Assembly: GCA_021817785.1 (NCBI GenBank) | Contig: JAKAFY010000009.1 | Span: forward strand, 1-54,256 | Origin: a bacterium | GTDB taxonomy: Bacteria; Patescibacteriota; Microgenomatia; UBA10105; UBA927 | Reading direction: 5' to 3' | Length of the DNA: 54,256 nucleotides | Shown: positions 11,211 through 21,499 of the stretch, piece by piece | Position numbering within the stretch: position 1 is the first letter of the stretch | Layout: every line of letters begins with the position of its first letter | Made by a program: the position numbers and the translations under genes | Notes under the pieces: model-generated | Told to the model about the DNA's origin: nothing | The model's database searches: none | The model's input: the letters and a program-made list of their open reading frames with translations, nothing else

Positions 11211-11519
11211 ATGCCGAAAGGTCGCATACGAGTCAGGCTCAAAGCCTATGACAGCAGGATCATTGATGATTGCTGTCAGAAAATATTAGATACCGCGGTG
11301 AGAACCGGCGCACGGGTCGTGGGACCTGTGCCGCTGCCTACCGATAAACAGCATTTCAATGTAGCCCGGGCTACGTTTATCGATAGAAACAGCCGTGAAG
11401 ATTTTCAGATTCGCGTGCACAAACGACTGATCGACATTGTGGAACCGACAGACAAAACTATAGATCAGCTCATGCACCTCGACCTGCCGGCCGGAGTGGA
11501 TATAGAGCTTAAGATGTAA
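11211..11519 (+). CDS. rpsJ: 30S ribosomal protein S10
   Basis: IRVRLKAYD, GPVPLPT, HKRLIDI. Confidence 0.98.
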   Translation: MPKGRIRVRLKAYDSRIIDDCCQKILDTAVRTGARVVGPVPLPTDKQHFNVARATFIDRNSREDFQIRVHKRLIDIVEPTDKTIDQLMHLDLPAGVDIELKM

Positions 11520-11521
11520 AT

Positions 11522-11550
11522 TTGAGTTATCGGGGATACTTTGGTATACT
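11522..11550 (+). promoter_or_regulatory. sigma70-type promoter upstream of rplC
   Basis: TTGAGT-N17-TATACT with TG extended -10. Confidence 0.65.
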
Positions 11551-11643
11551 CAGTACAGATTGATATGACGCGAAAAGCGACGTATCGGAACGATTGGTAC
11601 GCCAAAAGTCTCGGATGAGCGTTTTTCCGGTTTACCGGAGATG

Positions 11644-11670
11644 AAACGACCTCAGCCGGGGTCGTTTTTT
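11644..11670 (+). terminator. intrinsic terminator/attenuator in the rplC leader
   Basis: AAACGACCTC-AGCC-GGGGTCGTTT followed by more T, 14 nt before the rplC ATG. Confidence 0.65.
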
Positions 11671-11684
11671 GTTGGGAAACCTAT

Positions 11685-12326
11685 ATGATTACTGCATTGC
11701 TCGCAACGAAACAGGCACAAACTCAGGCGTTCACCCCGGAGGGGAAACGCATTCCCGTCACGGTCGTTTTGGCCGGACCGAATTGGGTGACGGAAATGAG
11801 CGATGCGAAGAACGCCAAACACGTACAGCTTGGATTCGGTAGCATTAAAAATCTCAGCAAACCGGAAATCGGACATATAAAAAAAGCGGGGCTCGACAAA
11901 AAGCTCCGTTTTTTGCGCAGTTTCACGGTTTCCGATGTTGCTGATCTCACATTAGGCGGCGAAGTAAAGGTAGAGCAGGTATTCCAAGCCGGTGACCGTA
12001 TTCGCGTACAGGGAACGAGTAAAGGAAAAGGGTTTGCAAGCGCTATTAAACGGCATCACTTTAAAGGCGGGCCACGAAGTCATGGTCAGTCAGACCGTGA
12101 ACGCGCACCGGGTTCTATCGGTCAGACGACCACTCCGGGCCGCGTCTACAAAGGCAAGCGTATGGCGGGACGCATGGGAAATGATACCGTCACCGTCAGA
12201 AATCTTACCGTCTTTGCAGTCGATCCCACTACGCAAACATTGATGATAAAAGGTGTCGTACCAGGAGCCAAAAACGGGCTCCTTGTCGTTTCGAAAGAAC
12301 CGGCGCATCCGGTGAAAAAAGGATAA
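11685..12326 (+). CDS. rplC: 50S ribosomal protein L3
   Basis: IPVTVV, GTSKGKGF, KGKRMAGRMG. Confidence 0.98.
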   Translation: MITALLATKQAQTQAFTPEGKRIPVTVVLAGPNWVTEMSDAKNAKHVQLGFGSIKNLSKPEIGHIKKAGLDKKLRFLRSFTVSDVADLTLGGEVKVEQVFQAGDRIRVQGTSKGKGFASAIKRHHFKGGPRSHGQSDRERAPGSIGQTTTPGRVYKGKRMAGRMGNDTVTVRNLTVFAVDPTTQTLMIKGVVPGAKNGLLVVSKEPAHPVKKG

Positions 12327-12328
12327 CT

Positions 12329-13078
12329 ATGGCACATACAGCAAAAAAACCAAATGCAGTCAAAAAACCAGTGAAAACTGCCGGCAAACCGCAGGTATCA
12401 AAACGTCCGGCAAAAGCTGCGGAACCCAAAAAAGTCGCAGCGGAAAAACCCACGGGTTTGGTCGCTTCCGTATTGGGGGTGGATGGCAAAGTCACAGGGA
12501 AAGTGACGTTGCCCGCGGAGCTATTCGCCGTCAAAGTAAACAAAGCGTTATTGGCTCAGGCGGTCCGCGTATATCTGGCGAATCAGCGTGAAGGCGGGGC
12601 CAAGACAAAAACCCGCGGTGAAGTCGAAGGGTCTACCAGGAAAATATACAAACAAAAAGGAACCGGACGGGCGCGGCACGGTGGTATACGGGCGCCTATC
12701 TTTGTCGGTGGCGGCCGGGCATTCGGTCCGAGAATCCATAGTTTTGCTCTGAACATGAACAAAGGTATGAAACGCGCATCACTTTCAAGTGCATTGACTC
12801 AGAAATATAACGACGGCGAACTTATCGTCATGGACGGTTTGGAAACACTTGGGGCAAAAACGAAGCCGGTTGCAAGAGCGCTTTCTACCGTTCGGAGTGT
12901 CGGAACATTATTACTGGTTGTTCCGCATGTTGCCCCGGAACTCGGGAAAGCGGCACGGAATATAGAAAAAGTAACGATCCTTCCGGCCATTGATTTGCAC
13001 CCGTATGCCGTGCTTACTCATTCGAAAATATTGATAACCAAAAACGCGTTAGAAGAAGCAAAAAAGCATTTTATATAA
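12329..13078 (+). CDS. rplD: 50S ribosomal protein L4 with Lys/Ala/Pro-rich N-terminal extension
   Basis: KTKTRGEV, QKGTGRARHG. Confidence 0.98.
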   Translation: MAHTAKKPNAVKKPVKTAGKPQVSKRPAKAAEPKKVAAEKPTGLVASVLGVDGKVTGKVTLPAELFAVKVNKALLAQAVRVYLANQREGGAKTKTRGEVEGSTRKIYKQKGTGRARHGGIRAPIFVGGGRAFGPRIHSFALNMNKGMKRASLSSALTQKYNDGELIVMDGLETLGAKTKPVARALSTVRSVGTLLLVVPHVAPELGKAARNIEKVTILPAIDLHPYAVLTHSKILITKNALEEAKKHFI

Positions 13079-13082
13079 TCGT

Positions 13083-13379
13083 ATGAACTCAGTCCGTCCC
13101 ATGATCACCGAAAAATCTATGACACTCGCCCAAAAAGGGTGGTATACATTTGCGGTGACCAAATTTGCACGTAAAGAAATGATTGCGAAAGAAATCAGCC
13201 GCCTGTATGCGGTCCAGGTCCGTCAAATCCGGACGATAAAAAAGGTCGGAAAAGTGCATCGGGTGGGAAAGAAAAATGCATTAGTGCAGAAAACCGACTG
13301 GAAAAAAGCAATAGTAAAACTTGCCAAAGGACAGCGTATCTCCGTGTTTGAAGTCACCGGAGAAGAAACGAAAGCGTAA
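13083..13379 (+). CDS. rplW: 50S ribosomal protein L23
   Basis: PMITEKS, WKKAIVKL; operon position. Confidence 0.95.
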   Translation: MNSVRPMITEKSMTLAQKGWYTFAVTKFARKEMIAKEISRLYAVQVRQIRTIKKVGKVHRVGKKNALVQKTDWKKAIVKLAKGQRISVFEVTGEETKA

Positions 13380-13383
13380 CTCT

Positions 13384-14139
13384 ATGCAAAAAACAGCGAT
13401 TCGATCATTGATGACGATTTTGCCGAAAAAATCCGGTCGGGATATGTTTGGTCATATCTCGATGCATCACCAGGGCGGCAGACAGAAGCGTTTTTTCCGC
13501 ACGATGGACTGGAAGCGGGACAAAGACGGGGTTTCTGCTACCGTGACGAGTATCGAATACGACCCGAACCGTTCGGCGGATATCGCACTTTTGGTCTACA
13601 AAGATGGAGACAAACGGTATATACTAGCACCTCTGGGTTTGAAAGTCGGTATGACGGTGCGTTCGGGAGCGGGCATAGATGCCAATGTAGGAAACGCACT
13701 GAATCTCAAAGATATGCCGGTAGGCACGCTGGTCCATTGCCTGGAAATTAAACCGGGCAGAGGAGCACAGATGGTCCGGTCCGCAGGAAACGTCGCGGTG
13801 GTCCTTGCCAAAGACGGTAATGCCGTACAGGTGAAGTTGCCCTCCGGAGAAGTCCGGGTATTTGACGGCAATGTCAGGGCAACCGTCGGACAAGTCGGAA
13901 AAGAAGAATGGAAAAATCGGGTTATAGGAAAAGCAGGTAGCAGCCGACACAGGGGGATCCGACCCACCGTGCGGGGTGTGGCCCAAAATCCGCGGAGTCA
14001 TCCGCATGGAGGAGGAGAAGGGCGAAGTGGCATCGGCATGAAATCTCCGAAGAGTCCATGGGGCAAACGGACACTCGGGAAACGAACGCGGACATTGCGG
14101 AAATACAGTAACCGGTCTATTTTACAGCGGAGGAAATAA
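13384..14139 (+). CDS. rplB: 50S ribosomal protein L2 (short N-terminus)
   Basis: IEYDPNRSA, RPTVRGVAQNP..HPHGGGEG. Confidence 0.98.
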   Translation: MQKTAIRSLMTILPKKSGRDMFGHISMHHQGGRQKRFFRTMDWKRDKDGVSATVTSIEYDPNRSADIALLVYKDGDKRYILAPLGLKVGMTVRSGAGIDANVGNALNLKDMPVGTLVHCLEIKPGRGAQMVRSAGNVAVVLAKDGNAVQVKLPSGEVRVFDGNVRATVGQVGKEEWKNRVIGKAGSSRHRGIRPTVRGVAQNPRSHPHGGGEGRSGIGMKSPKSPWGKRTLGKRTRTLRKYSNRSILQRRK

Positions 14140-14142
14140 CTT

Positions 14143-14427
14143 ATGGCACGAAGTACAAAAAAAGGTCCATATATCGACAAACGGCTCATCGCAAAAATAA
14201 ACAAACAAAAGGCGGGAGGGACACGGGGTGCGATCAAAACATGGTCGAGAAGTAGTCAGATATCACCGGAATTTGTGGGAAGCACCTTTGGCGTACATAA
14301 CGGCAGGGTATTCACCGAAGTATTCGTGACCGAAGCCATGGTGGGACACCGATTGGGAGAGTTTTCTCCGACACGGACCTTCCGGGGTCATGGTCAGGTG
14401 ACCAAGCGCGTATTAGACAAAACATAA
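14143..14427 (+). CDS. rpsS: 30S ribosomal protein S19
   Basis: [24 protein letters not shown]. Confidence 0.98.
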   Translation: MARSTKKGPYIDKRLIAKINKQKAGGTRGAIKTWSRSSQISPEFVGSTFGVHNGRVFTEVFVTEAMVGHRLGEFSPTRTFRGHGQVTKRVLDKT

Positions 14428-14431
14428 ATAT

Positions 14432-14782
14432 ATGCAATACCAGGCAATAGCAAAATATGTTCGTATGGGGCCGCGCAAAGTGCGGTTGGTTGCAGACAGC
14501 GTTCGTGGTAAAAAAGCCGCTGATGCCGTGGCCTTGCTTGCCGCGACGCCGCAGCACGCAGCCAAACCGATGATTGCGGCGATTCTGTCGGCAGTGTCTA
14601 ATGCGAAACAAAAGCAGGCGGTCGTTGAAGATTTGCGTATAGCGTCAATCGATGTCATGGGCGGGCCGGTTTTGAAGCGCTGGCACGCGGCCAGTAAAGG
14701 AATGGCACATCCGTACAAAAAACGCATGAGTCATCTGAAAGTCGTCGTATCGGACGGCGTGGAATCTAAGGGGGGGAAATAA
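14432..14782 (+). CDS. rplV: 50S ribosomal protein L22
   Basis: PRKVRLVAD, SAVSNA; operon position. Confidence 0.97.
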   Translation: MQYQAIAKYVRMGPRKVRLVADSVRGKKAADAVALLAATPQHAAKPMIAAILSAVSNAKQKQAVVEDLRIASIDVMGGPVLKRWHAASKGMAHPYKKRMSHLKVVVSDGVESKGGK

Positions 14783-14785
14783 TCT

Positions 14786-15463
14786 ATGGGACAAAAAATT
14801 CATCCATATGGATTTCGGCTTGGGCCATTGTATACCTGGGTTTCCCGGTGGTTTGCAGATGACGCACACTATGGGGACCTGGTGGTCCAGGACGTGCTTC
14901 TTCGAGAAGAACTGATGAAGCGCTTAAAGACTGCAGGCATCGCGCAGGCGGAAATCGAACGGTCGATAAATAAAATTCGTGTCATCTTACACGTCTCCCG
15001 GCCGGGTATGGTGATTGGCCGGGGCGGGACGGGCCTGGAAGATATCAAAAAATTCGTCGAAAAAACGCTTTTTTCCATTATCAAAGATAAGCACGTGGGC
15101 AACATAGCATTTGATCCGACCAAAACAAAAGTAGACGTCGTCGTGGAGCCGGTAAAAGAGCCGAATCTGAATCCGCAGATTGTCGCAAGCAATATCGCCG
15201 ATCAGCTGATCAAGCGCATGCCGCATAAACGCGTGTGCGTACAGACACTGGATCGGGTGATGACTGCAGGAGCATCCGGCGTCAAGATCAAACTTGCCGG
15301 ACGTATCGCAGGTGCGGAAATTTCGCGGCGGGAGACGTACAAAACCGGAAGCATTCCGCTTTCGACGATTCGGGAACCGGTTGAATATGCGGAAGTACCG
15401 GCATTGACGAAATCAGGATATGTAGGCGTGAAAGTATGGATTTATAAAAAGAAAAGCGAGTAA
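14786..15463 (+). CDS. rpsC: 30S ribosomal protein S3
   Basis: MGQKIHPYGFRLG, RPGMVIGRGG, GVKVWI. Confidence 0.98.
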   Translation: MGQKIHPYGFRLGPLYTWVSRWFADDAHYGDLVVQDVLLREELMKRLKTAGIAQAEIERSINKIRVILHVSRPGMVIGRGGTGLEDIKKFVEKTLFSIIKDKHVGNIAFDPTKTKVDVVVEPVKEPNLNPQIVASNIADQLIKRMPHKRVCVQTLDRVMTAGASGVKIKLAGRIAGAEISRRETYKTGSIPLSTIREPVEYAEVPALTKSGYVGVKVWIYKKKSE

Positions 15464-15466
15464 AGT

Positions 15467-15883
15467 ATGTTAGCACCAAAACGGGCAAAACATCGGAAAC
15501 AGTTTCGGGGAAAGATGCGGGGGAAATCCATCCGCGGCTCCGTATTGTCATTCGGTGAATTCGGACTGAAAGCGATGGAAGCCGGTTGGGTAAGCAGTCG
15601 TCAGATTGAGGCAGCCCGACGCGCGCTGACGCACAGTATCCGCAGAGGAGGACGCGTATGGATCCGGATATTTCCGGATAAACCGATTACGAAGAAACCT
15701 CCCGAAACCCGTATGGGAAGCGGAAAAGGGGATGTCGCCGAATACGTGTGTGTCGTGCGTCCCGGACGGATGTTGTTCGAAATGTCAGGGGTCTCACGGG
15801 ATGCAGCGCATGAAGCAATGCGCCTTGCAGGAGTGAAACTTCCGGTTCAGGCCAAATTCGTAGCCAGGAGTGAAGCAGTATGA
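15467..15883 (+). CDS. rplP: 50S ribosomal protein L16
   Basis: [24 protein letters not shown]. Confidence 0.98.
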   Translation: MLAPKRAKHRKQFRGKMRGKSIRGSVLSFGEFGLKAMEAGWVSSRQIEAARRALTHSIRRGGRVWIRIFPDKPITKKPPETRMGSGKGDVAEYVCVVRPGRMLFEMSGVSRDAAHEAMRLAGVKLPVQAKFVARSEAV

Positions 15884-16089
15884 AAAAAACAGATAAAGAT
15901 CAGCTGAAAAGCGCGTCGCCAAAGGAATTGGCCAAAAAGATGTCTGAACTCAAAAAACAGATATCCGATGAGCTTTTGAAGCGTCAGAGTACGAATGTCA
16001 AAAACGTGCATGTCGTGAAAAATTTACGTCATACGCTGGCGGTTGTGCAGTCTATCAGGCACGCAAAAGCATTAGCTGAAGAAAGGTAA
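15880..16089 (+). CDS. rpmC: 50S ribosomal protein L29
   Basis: 69-aa helical basic protein between rplP and rpsQ. Confidence 0.9.
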   Translation: MKKTDKDQLKSASPKELAKKMSELKKQISDELLKRQSTNVKNVHVVKNLRHTLAVVQSIRHAKALAEER

Positions 16090-16097
16090 AGGTATCT

Positions 16098-16385
16098 ATG
16101 GCAACAAAAACTACAGTCACACAGGATAAAAAAAATACGAAGAGTCCGCAGGAACGGGCGCTCGTAGGTACCGTCATCTCGTTGGCGAGTGCACAGACGG
16201 TGATCGTTGAAGTCGTACGGTCATCCCGGCACCCGTTATATCAAAAAATGGTCAAACGCACGAAAAACTTTGCTGTACATTCGGACATAGAAGGCATCAT
16301 GGTCGGGGATAATGTGAAAATCGTCGAGACCAGGCCGATGAGCAAAACCAAACATTTTCGTATGGTAGGAAAGGTCGCTAAATAA
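16098..16385 (+). CDS. rpsQ: 30S ribosomal protein S17
   Basis: HPLYQK, GDNVKIVETRPMSKTK. Confidence 0.97.
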   Translation: MATKTTVTQDKKNTKSPQERALVGTVISLASAQTVIVEVVRSSRHPLYQKMVKRTKNFAVHSDIEGIMVGDNVKIVETRPMSKTKHFRMVGKVAK

Positions 16386-16389
16386 TCCT

Positions 16390-16764
16390 ATGATTCAACG
16401 GAGAACCAATTTAACAGTGGCAGACAACTCAGGCGCGCTTGAGATGGTGGTTATCCATATCTATGGAGCCTCCAAAAAAATGAAGGCAACGCTTGGGGAT
16501 ATCGTGCAGTGTGTCGTCAAACGGGCAGATCCGTTGGGGATCGTCAAAGACGACGAGCTGGTAACGGTTGCAATCGTCCGTATCAGGAAAGAATATCACC
16601 GTGCAGACGGCTCGTATATCCGGTTTGATGAAAACGCCGGGGTGGTAATCGACAATGCGACAGACAAAAATCCTCGTGGCACCCGGGTGTTCGGTCCGAT
16701 TGCTCGCGAGCTAAAAGAAAAAGGATTTGATAAAATAGCAAGTCTTGCGGAGGAAGTGTATTAA
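16390..16764 (+). CDS. rplN: 50S ribosomal protein L14
   Basis: VADNSGA, IRFDENA, GTRVFGPIAREL. Confidence 0.98.
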   Translation: MIQRRTNLTVADNSGALEMVVIHIYGASKKMKATLGDIVQCVVKRADPLGIVKDDELVTVAIVRIRKEYHRADGSYIRFDENAGVVIDNATDKNPRGTRVFGPIARELKEKGFDKIASLAEEVY

Positions 16765-16776
16765 ACGCTTACGCAT

Positions 16777-17082
16777 ATGAAACTAAAAAAAGGTGACACG
16801 ATTATCGTAACAGTCGGAAAAGACAAAGGGAAAAAAGGTAAAGTCGAACGGGTTGTCCCTTCGGACCATACGGTCGTGGTCGCCGGTATCAATGTCTTTA
16901 AACGGCATATGAAACGGAAAGACGACAAAAATCCTGGTGGGATTATCGATCTGGTGAAGCCGATCGGATTCGGAAAAATCGCATTAGTATGTCCGTCGTG
17001 CGGCAAGCCGACACGGGTAGGATATGTGGTTGCCAAAAACGAGAAAGTACGTGTATGCCGCAAATGCGGAAAGAAACTATAA
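16777..17082 (+). CDS. rplX: 50S ribosomal protein L24
   Basis: KKGDT...GKDKGKKGKV KOW motif; CPSC/CRKC. Confidence 0.97.
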   Translation: MKLKKGDTIIVTVGKDKGKKGKVERVVPSDHTVVVAGINVFKRHMKRKDDKNPGGIIDLVKPIGFGKIALVCPSCGKPTRVGYVVAKNEKVRVCRKCGKKL

Positions 17083-17084
17083 CT

Positions 17085-17633
17085 ATGAAATCAATGCATG
17101 ACACCTATAAGACGGAATTATTACCCAAACTCATGACGGAATTGGGGATCAAAAACCGTATGGCAGCGCCGAAACTCACCAAAATTGTGATAAACTGCAG
17201 TATTGGTGCGGAAGCGCAAAAAGATAAAAAAATTATCGACAAAGTGCGCGAACAGCTGGGAGTCATTACGGGACAGCGACCTCAGGTCACCCGCGCCAAG
17301 CAGGCCATCTCAACGTTTAAATTGCGCGAGGGGGATCCGGTCGGTGTCCGGGTGACGCTTCGGGGGACCCGTATGTACGACTTTTTGACCCGATTGGTGT
17401 CCATAGCATTGCCCCGCGTGCGTGATTTCCGGGGTATCCCGCGCAAAGGATTCGACGGCAAAGGGAACTATACATTGGGGATCGTCGAGCAAACGATATT
17501 TGCCGAAGTGGAATACGGCATGGTAGACCGCATACGCGGGTTTGAAGTAACGTTGGTTACGACTGCGACGGATGACCGGCAGGGATTGGCGTTGCTTACT
17601 GCACTGGGTCTGCCGTTTGAGAAGGAGAAATAA
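17085..17633 (+). CDS. rplE: 50S ribosomal protein L5
   Basis: PKLTKIVIN, ALPRVRDFRG, FDGKGNY. Confidence 0.98.
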   Translation: MKSMHDTYKTELLPKLMTELGIKNRMAAPKLTKIVINCSIGAEAQKDKKIIDKVREQLGVITGQRPQVTRAKQAISTFKLREGDPVGVRVTLRGTRMYDFLTRLVSIALPRVRDFRGIPRKGFDGKGNYTLGIVEQTIFAEVEYGMVDRIRGFEVTLVTTATDDRQGLALLTALGLPFEKEK

Positions 17634-17636
17634 CAT

Positions 17637-17822
17637 ATGGCCAAAACATCAGATGTCGTAAAATTTTTACATAAACAGAAATATGCCGTGCGGCACAGGA
17701 ACCGTTGTACCTTGTGCGGGCGGAGCCGCGCGTATATGAGAAAATTTAAGTTGTGCCGCATCTGTTTCCGGAAGCTTGCTCACAAAGGGGAGTTGCCGGG
17801 AGTAGTGAAGGCATCTTGGTAA
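17637..17822 (+). CDS. rpsN: 30S ribosomal protein S14, zinc-binding type
   Basis: RCTLCGR...LCRICFR, 61 aa. Confidence 0.97.
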   Translation: MAKTSDVVKFLHKQKYAVRHRNRCTLCGRSRAYMRKFKLCRICFRKLAHKGELPGVVKASW

Positions 17823-17834
17823 AGGAGTGTATTT

Positions 17835-18230
17835 ATGGTTATAAACGATCCTATCGGAGACATGTTGACACGAATTCGGAATGCCGCTATGGCACACAAA
17901 AAAACCGTGGAATTGCCCGGAAGCAGTGTGAAGCACGCGGTAGCGCTTCTTCTTTCTAAGGAGGGGTATCTCACCCGTGTGGAACAGGTGAAAACAGAGC
18001 ATGGCACCATGCTTCAGCTTGAACTCGCATATGAAGGAAAAGAACCGATCCTGACCGGAGTCAAACGCATAAGCAAACCGGGTCTCCGGTGGTATGTTGG
18101 AAAAAAGAAAATCCCCATGGTTATGGGGGGAACGGGAGTTTCCATTGTGAGTACTCCTCAGGGCGTTATGAGTGGGAAAGATGCACGGACAAAAGGAATT
18201 GGCGGAGAATTATTGTGTGAGGTTTGGTAA
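17835..18230 (+). CDS. rpsH: 30S ribosomal protein S8
   Basis: DPIGDMLTRIRNA, ISKPGLR, GGELLC. Confidence 0.98.
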   Translation: MVINDPIGDMLTRIRNAAMAHKKTVELPGSSVKHAVALLLSKEGYLTRVEQVKTEHGTMLQLELAYEGKEPILTGVKRISKPGLRWYVGKKKIPMVMGGTGVSIVSTPQGVMSGKDARTKGIGGELLCEVW

Positions 18231-18237
18231 AACATAT

Positions 18238-18798
18238 ATGTCACGAATAGGCAATACACCAGTTGAAATACCGAAAGACGTCTCAGTCGTCGTGTCTTCC
18301 GCAAACGTTATGGTAAAAGGCCCGAAGGGGGAGCTGACGGTTGTTATTCCCGCAGGGATTACCGTAAGCCAGGAAGGATCTGCACTTGTTGCAGCGCGAA
18401 AGCGCAACGATACGCGTGTCAAAGCACTGCACGGCACGATAGTAGCACTGCTTACGAATGCGGTAAACGGCGTGACCAAAGGATGGACAAAACAATTGGA
18501 ATTACAGGGAGTGGGATACCGCGCGACGTTAAATGGCACCGATATCGTATTAAACGTGGGATTTTCCCATGCCGTGACGGTCAAGCCGCCGGCAGGAGTG
18601 ACGTTCGTCGTTACCGAAGGAAAAATCACGATTTCAGGTATCGATAAGCATCTTGTGGGACAGGTAGCCGCGTCCATGCGGGCGATAAAGCCGCCGGAGC
18701 CCTACAAAGGAAAAGGGATACGCTATGTCGGTGAGCACGTAAGGAAGAAAGCGGGTAAATCCGCCAAGGCAGTCGGCGGAGCGCCGGGAGCGAAATAA
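18238..18798 (+). CDS. rplF: 50S ribosomal protein L6
   Basis: MSRIG, GVGYRA, PEPYKGKGIRY. Confidence 0.98.
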   Translation: MSRIGNTPVEIPKDVSVVVSSANVMVKGPKGELTVVIPAGITVSQEGSALVAARKRNDTRVKALHGTIVALLTNAVNGVTKGWTKQLELQGVGYRATLNGTDIVLNVGFSHAVTVKPPAGVTFVVTEGKITISGIDKHLVGQVAASMRAIKPPEPYKGKGIRYVGEHVRKKAGKSAKAVGGAPGAK

Positions 18799-18815
18799 CA
18801 TTTATATTTATACGT

Positions 18816-19145
18816 ATGAAAACACGAAAAGAAATGCGGGCCAAACGTAAATTAGCAAGCCGGATCATTGTCCGCGGGAGTGCCGCGCGGCCGAGACTTG
18901 CTGTCTACCGCTCGAACACCAGGCTATCCGCGCAGCTTATCGATGACGATACACAAGTAACCGTTCTTTTTGCGTCGGTGTCCGGGAAAAATACGGCAGC
19001 GGCAAAAGCACTTGGTGCCGATATTGCCACAAAAGCAAAAGCCGCACATATTACGACGGTCGTATTCGACCGCGGCGGATTCCGATATCACGGAGTAGTC
19101 AAAGTACTGGCAGACAGCGCACGGGAAAACGGGTTAGTGTTTTAA
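18816..19145 (+). CDS. rplR: 50S ribosomal protein L18
   Basis: RPRLAVYRSN, VVFDRGGFRYHG. Confidence 0.98.
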   Translation: MKTRKEMRAKRKLASRIIVRGSAARPRLAVYRSNTRLSAQLIDDDTQVTVLFASVSGKNTAAAKALGADIATKAKAAHITTVVFDRGGFRYHGVVKVLADSARENGLVF

Positions 19146-19163
19146 AGGAAAAAGGAGATCATT

Positions 19164-19646
19164 ATGGATAATCGCAGAAATCGTTCGTATACACCGGTAG
19201 TATCAGAATTTGAAGAAAAAGTCGTACAAGTCAACCGTGTTTCCAAAAAGACGAAAGGCGGCAATAAAATCGGGTTTTCCGTGTTGGTCGTCGTCGGGGA
19301 TAAAAAAGGCCGTGTTGGGGTCGGTTTGGGCGGCGCGCCGGATGTTTCATCCGCGGTAAAAAAAGCCGTACTGTATGCACGCAAACATCTGTTTACGGTG
19401 CCGATGAAAAAAACGACTATTCCGCACGTTGTCTTTGTCAAACTCGGTGCTGCGAAAATCATGCTAAAACCTGCTCCTCCGGGAGCTGGAGTCATCGCAG
19501 GCGGTCCGGTCCGGTCCGTCGTCGAAGCGGCCGGCATTCGGGATATCGTGTCAAAAATCTTGGGAACCAAAAATAAAGCGTCCAATGTCTATGCGACCAT
19601 GGAAGCGTTAAAAAAATTAAAGCCGGCCCGCGTCGCGAAGGCCTAA
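19164..19646 (+). CDS. rpsE: 30S ribosomal protein S5
   Basis: RVSKKTKGG, GVIAGGPVR. Confidence 0.98.
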   Translation: MDNRRNRSYTPVVSEFEEKVVQVNRVSKKTKGGNKIGFSVLVVVGDKKGRVGVGLGGAPDVSSAVKKAVLYARKHLFTVPMKKTTIPHVVFVKLGAAKIMLKPAPPGAGVIAGGPVRSVVEAAGIRDIVSKILGTKNKASNVYATMEALKKLKPARVAKA

Positions 19647-19650
19647 TCAT

Positions 19651-20079
19651 ATGAGAACATCACACTTGCCATCCATTGTTGCCAAAACACATAAGCGTCT
19701 CGGGCGCGGACACGGCTCAGGCCGCGGGAAAACATCCGGTCGCGGTACCAAAGGTCAGAAAGCACGCGGGACGATTCCGCCGCATTTTGAAGGCGGCCAG
19801 CTTTCCGTACTGGAACGCATGCCGTATCTTCGGGGCAAGATGCGCAACAAATCCCGCTCTGTCAAACCGTCTATTCTGACCGTGGGGTCGCTGGCTACAT
19901 TTCCCGCTCACGCCACCGTGACGGTAGATGCACTGAAAAAAGCGCAATTGGTCAAAGACACGGTTACCGACGTAAAAATTCTTTCGGGAGGCACGCTTTC
20001 CGTAGCACTTACCGTATCCGTGCCGTGTTCAAAAGGCGCGAAAAAGCTCATAGAAAAAGCCGGCGGGACTGTTTCCTGA
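19651..20079 (+). CDS. rplO: 50S ribosomal protein L15
   Basis: RLGRGHGSGRGKTSGRGTKGQKAR, FEGGQ. Confidence 0.98.
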   Translation: MRTSHLPSIVAKTHKRLGRGHGSGRGKTSGRGTKGQKARGTIPPHFEGGQLSVLERMPYLRGKMRNKSRSVKPSILTVGSLATFPAHATVTVDALKKAQLVKDTVTDVKILSGGTLSVALTVSVPCSKGAKKLIEKAGGTVS

Positions 20080-20131
20080 TGATGTTTGGTAGTAGAATAT
20101 AATCCCGGTTTCAGGAGGGGATCACGATACC

Positions 20132-21421
20132 ATGAATTCATTCATCACTGCCCTCGTAAACAGCTGGAAAACGCCCGAACTTCGGCGGAAGATTATCCTT
20201 ACCTTAAGTCTGTTTGTCATATTCCGTGTTTTTGCCCACGTTCCTATTCCCGGTGTAGATCGGGCGAAGCTCGCACTGCTGTTTTCCCAGAATCAGTTCT
20301 TGGGACTTCTGGATATATTCTCCGGAGGCACGCTCGTCAATTTTTCGGTTCTTGCCTTAGGGCTGAACCCGTATATCAACGCATCCATTATCCTGCAGCT
20401 CCTGACGATCGTGTTTCCCAAGCTTGAAGAATTGCAAAAAGAAGGGGATTACGGCCAGGAGAAAATCAATCAATATATCCGGTTTCTTACCATTCCTTTG
20501 GCGGTGGTGCAATCCATCGGCATGTATATGCTGCTCCGAAATCAGGGGATCGTGGGGGCATTAAACCCTGTTACGTTATTGTCTATCGTCCTCACGATGA
20601 CCGCAGGCACGATGTTTGTCGTGTGGCTCGGAGAACTCATCACCGACTACGGAGTGGGTAACGGGATATCACTGCTTATTTTCGCCGGTATCGTCGGTCG
20701 TATGCCCGTGGCACTCTTTCAGACGGCGAGCGTATTCCGTCCGGAAGCTATTACCAATACCATTATTTTTGCCGTCATGTCTTTGATCGTCATCGCCGGC
20801 ACGGTGTTTATGAACGAAGCGGTGCGGCGTATTCCGGTGCACTACGCCCGTCGCATACGGGGTAACAAAATTTACGGAGGGAACACCTCATACTTGCCGC
20901 TTCGGGTAAATCAGGCCGGAGTGATTCCGATTATCTTTGCGGTCTCTCTGGTATTGTTGCCGTCGTTGTTGGGCGGATTTTTACAGCAGCTGCATAATCC
21001 GGCCATGGCAGGGGTCGGCAGGTTCTTTACGACGGTCTTTGACCCCAACAGCGTTTCCTATAACGTGATTTATTTCCTGTTGGTTATAGGATTTACCTAT
21101 TTTTATACGGCTATTACCTTTAACCCGACCAAAATCGCCGGAGAGATCCAAAAATACGGAGGATTTATACCCGGGATCCGTCCGGGAACTCCGACGGCCA
21201 ATTATTTGAATTATATTCTGACGCGGATTACCCTTGCCGGCGCATTGTTTTTGGGCATACTCGCTATATTTCCGGCTATCGCGCGCGGCATATCGGGACT
21301 GACGACATTGCTGGTCGGAGGCACCGGTGTCTTGATCGTCGTATCGGTGGTTCTGGAAACGGTGCAGGCGTTAGAAGCACAACTCGTCATGCGTAATTAC
21401 GAAGGATTCCTAAAAGAATAA
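20132..21421 (+). CDS. secY: preprotein translocase subunit SecY
   Basis: [34 protein letters not shown]. Confidence 0.99.
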   Translation: MNSFITALVNSWKTPELRRKIILTLSLFVIFRVFAHVPIPGVDRAKLALLFSQNQFLGLLDIFSGGTLVNFSVLALGLNPYINASIILQLLTIVFPKLEELQKEGDYGQEKINQYIRFLTIPLAVVQSIGMYMLLRNQGIVGALNPVTLLSIVLTMTAGTMFVVWLGELITDYGVGNGISLLIFAGIVGRMPVALFQTASVFRPEAITNTIIFAVMSLIVIAGTVFMNEAVRRIPVHYARRIRGNKIYGGNTSYLPLRVNQAGVIPIIFAVSLVLLPSLLGGFLQQLHNPAMAGVGRFFTTVFDPNSVSYNVIYFLLVIGFTYFYTAITFNPTKIAGEIQKYGGFIPGIRPGTPTANYLNYILTRITLAGALFLGILAIFPAIARGISGLTTLLVGGTGVLIVVSVVLETVQALEAQLVMRNYEGFLKE

Positions 21422-21499
21422 AAAAACGGAGAACGTAAAACACAGAGTGCGTCGTAGTCATATACCCCGCACTATGTATTCTTTACTGTTTAACTGCGT
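21422..21499. repeat. degenerate ~7-nt periodic two-armed spacer
   Basis: AACGGAG AACGTAA AACACAG ... CACTATG TATTCTT TACTGTT; highly degenerate. Confidence 0.35.

Noticed and set aside
13321-13383. Longer rplB start at a TTG overlapping rplW, or a frameshift restoring the L2 N-terminus
   Set aside because: The extension has no L2-like sequence; ATG 13384 follows the rplW stop by 4 nt as in the rest of the operon
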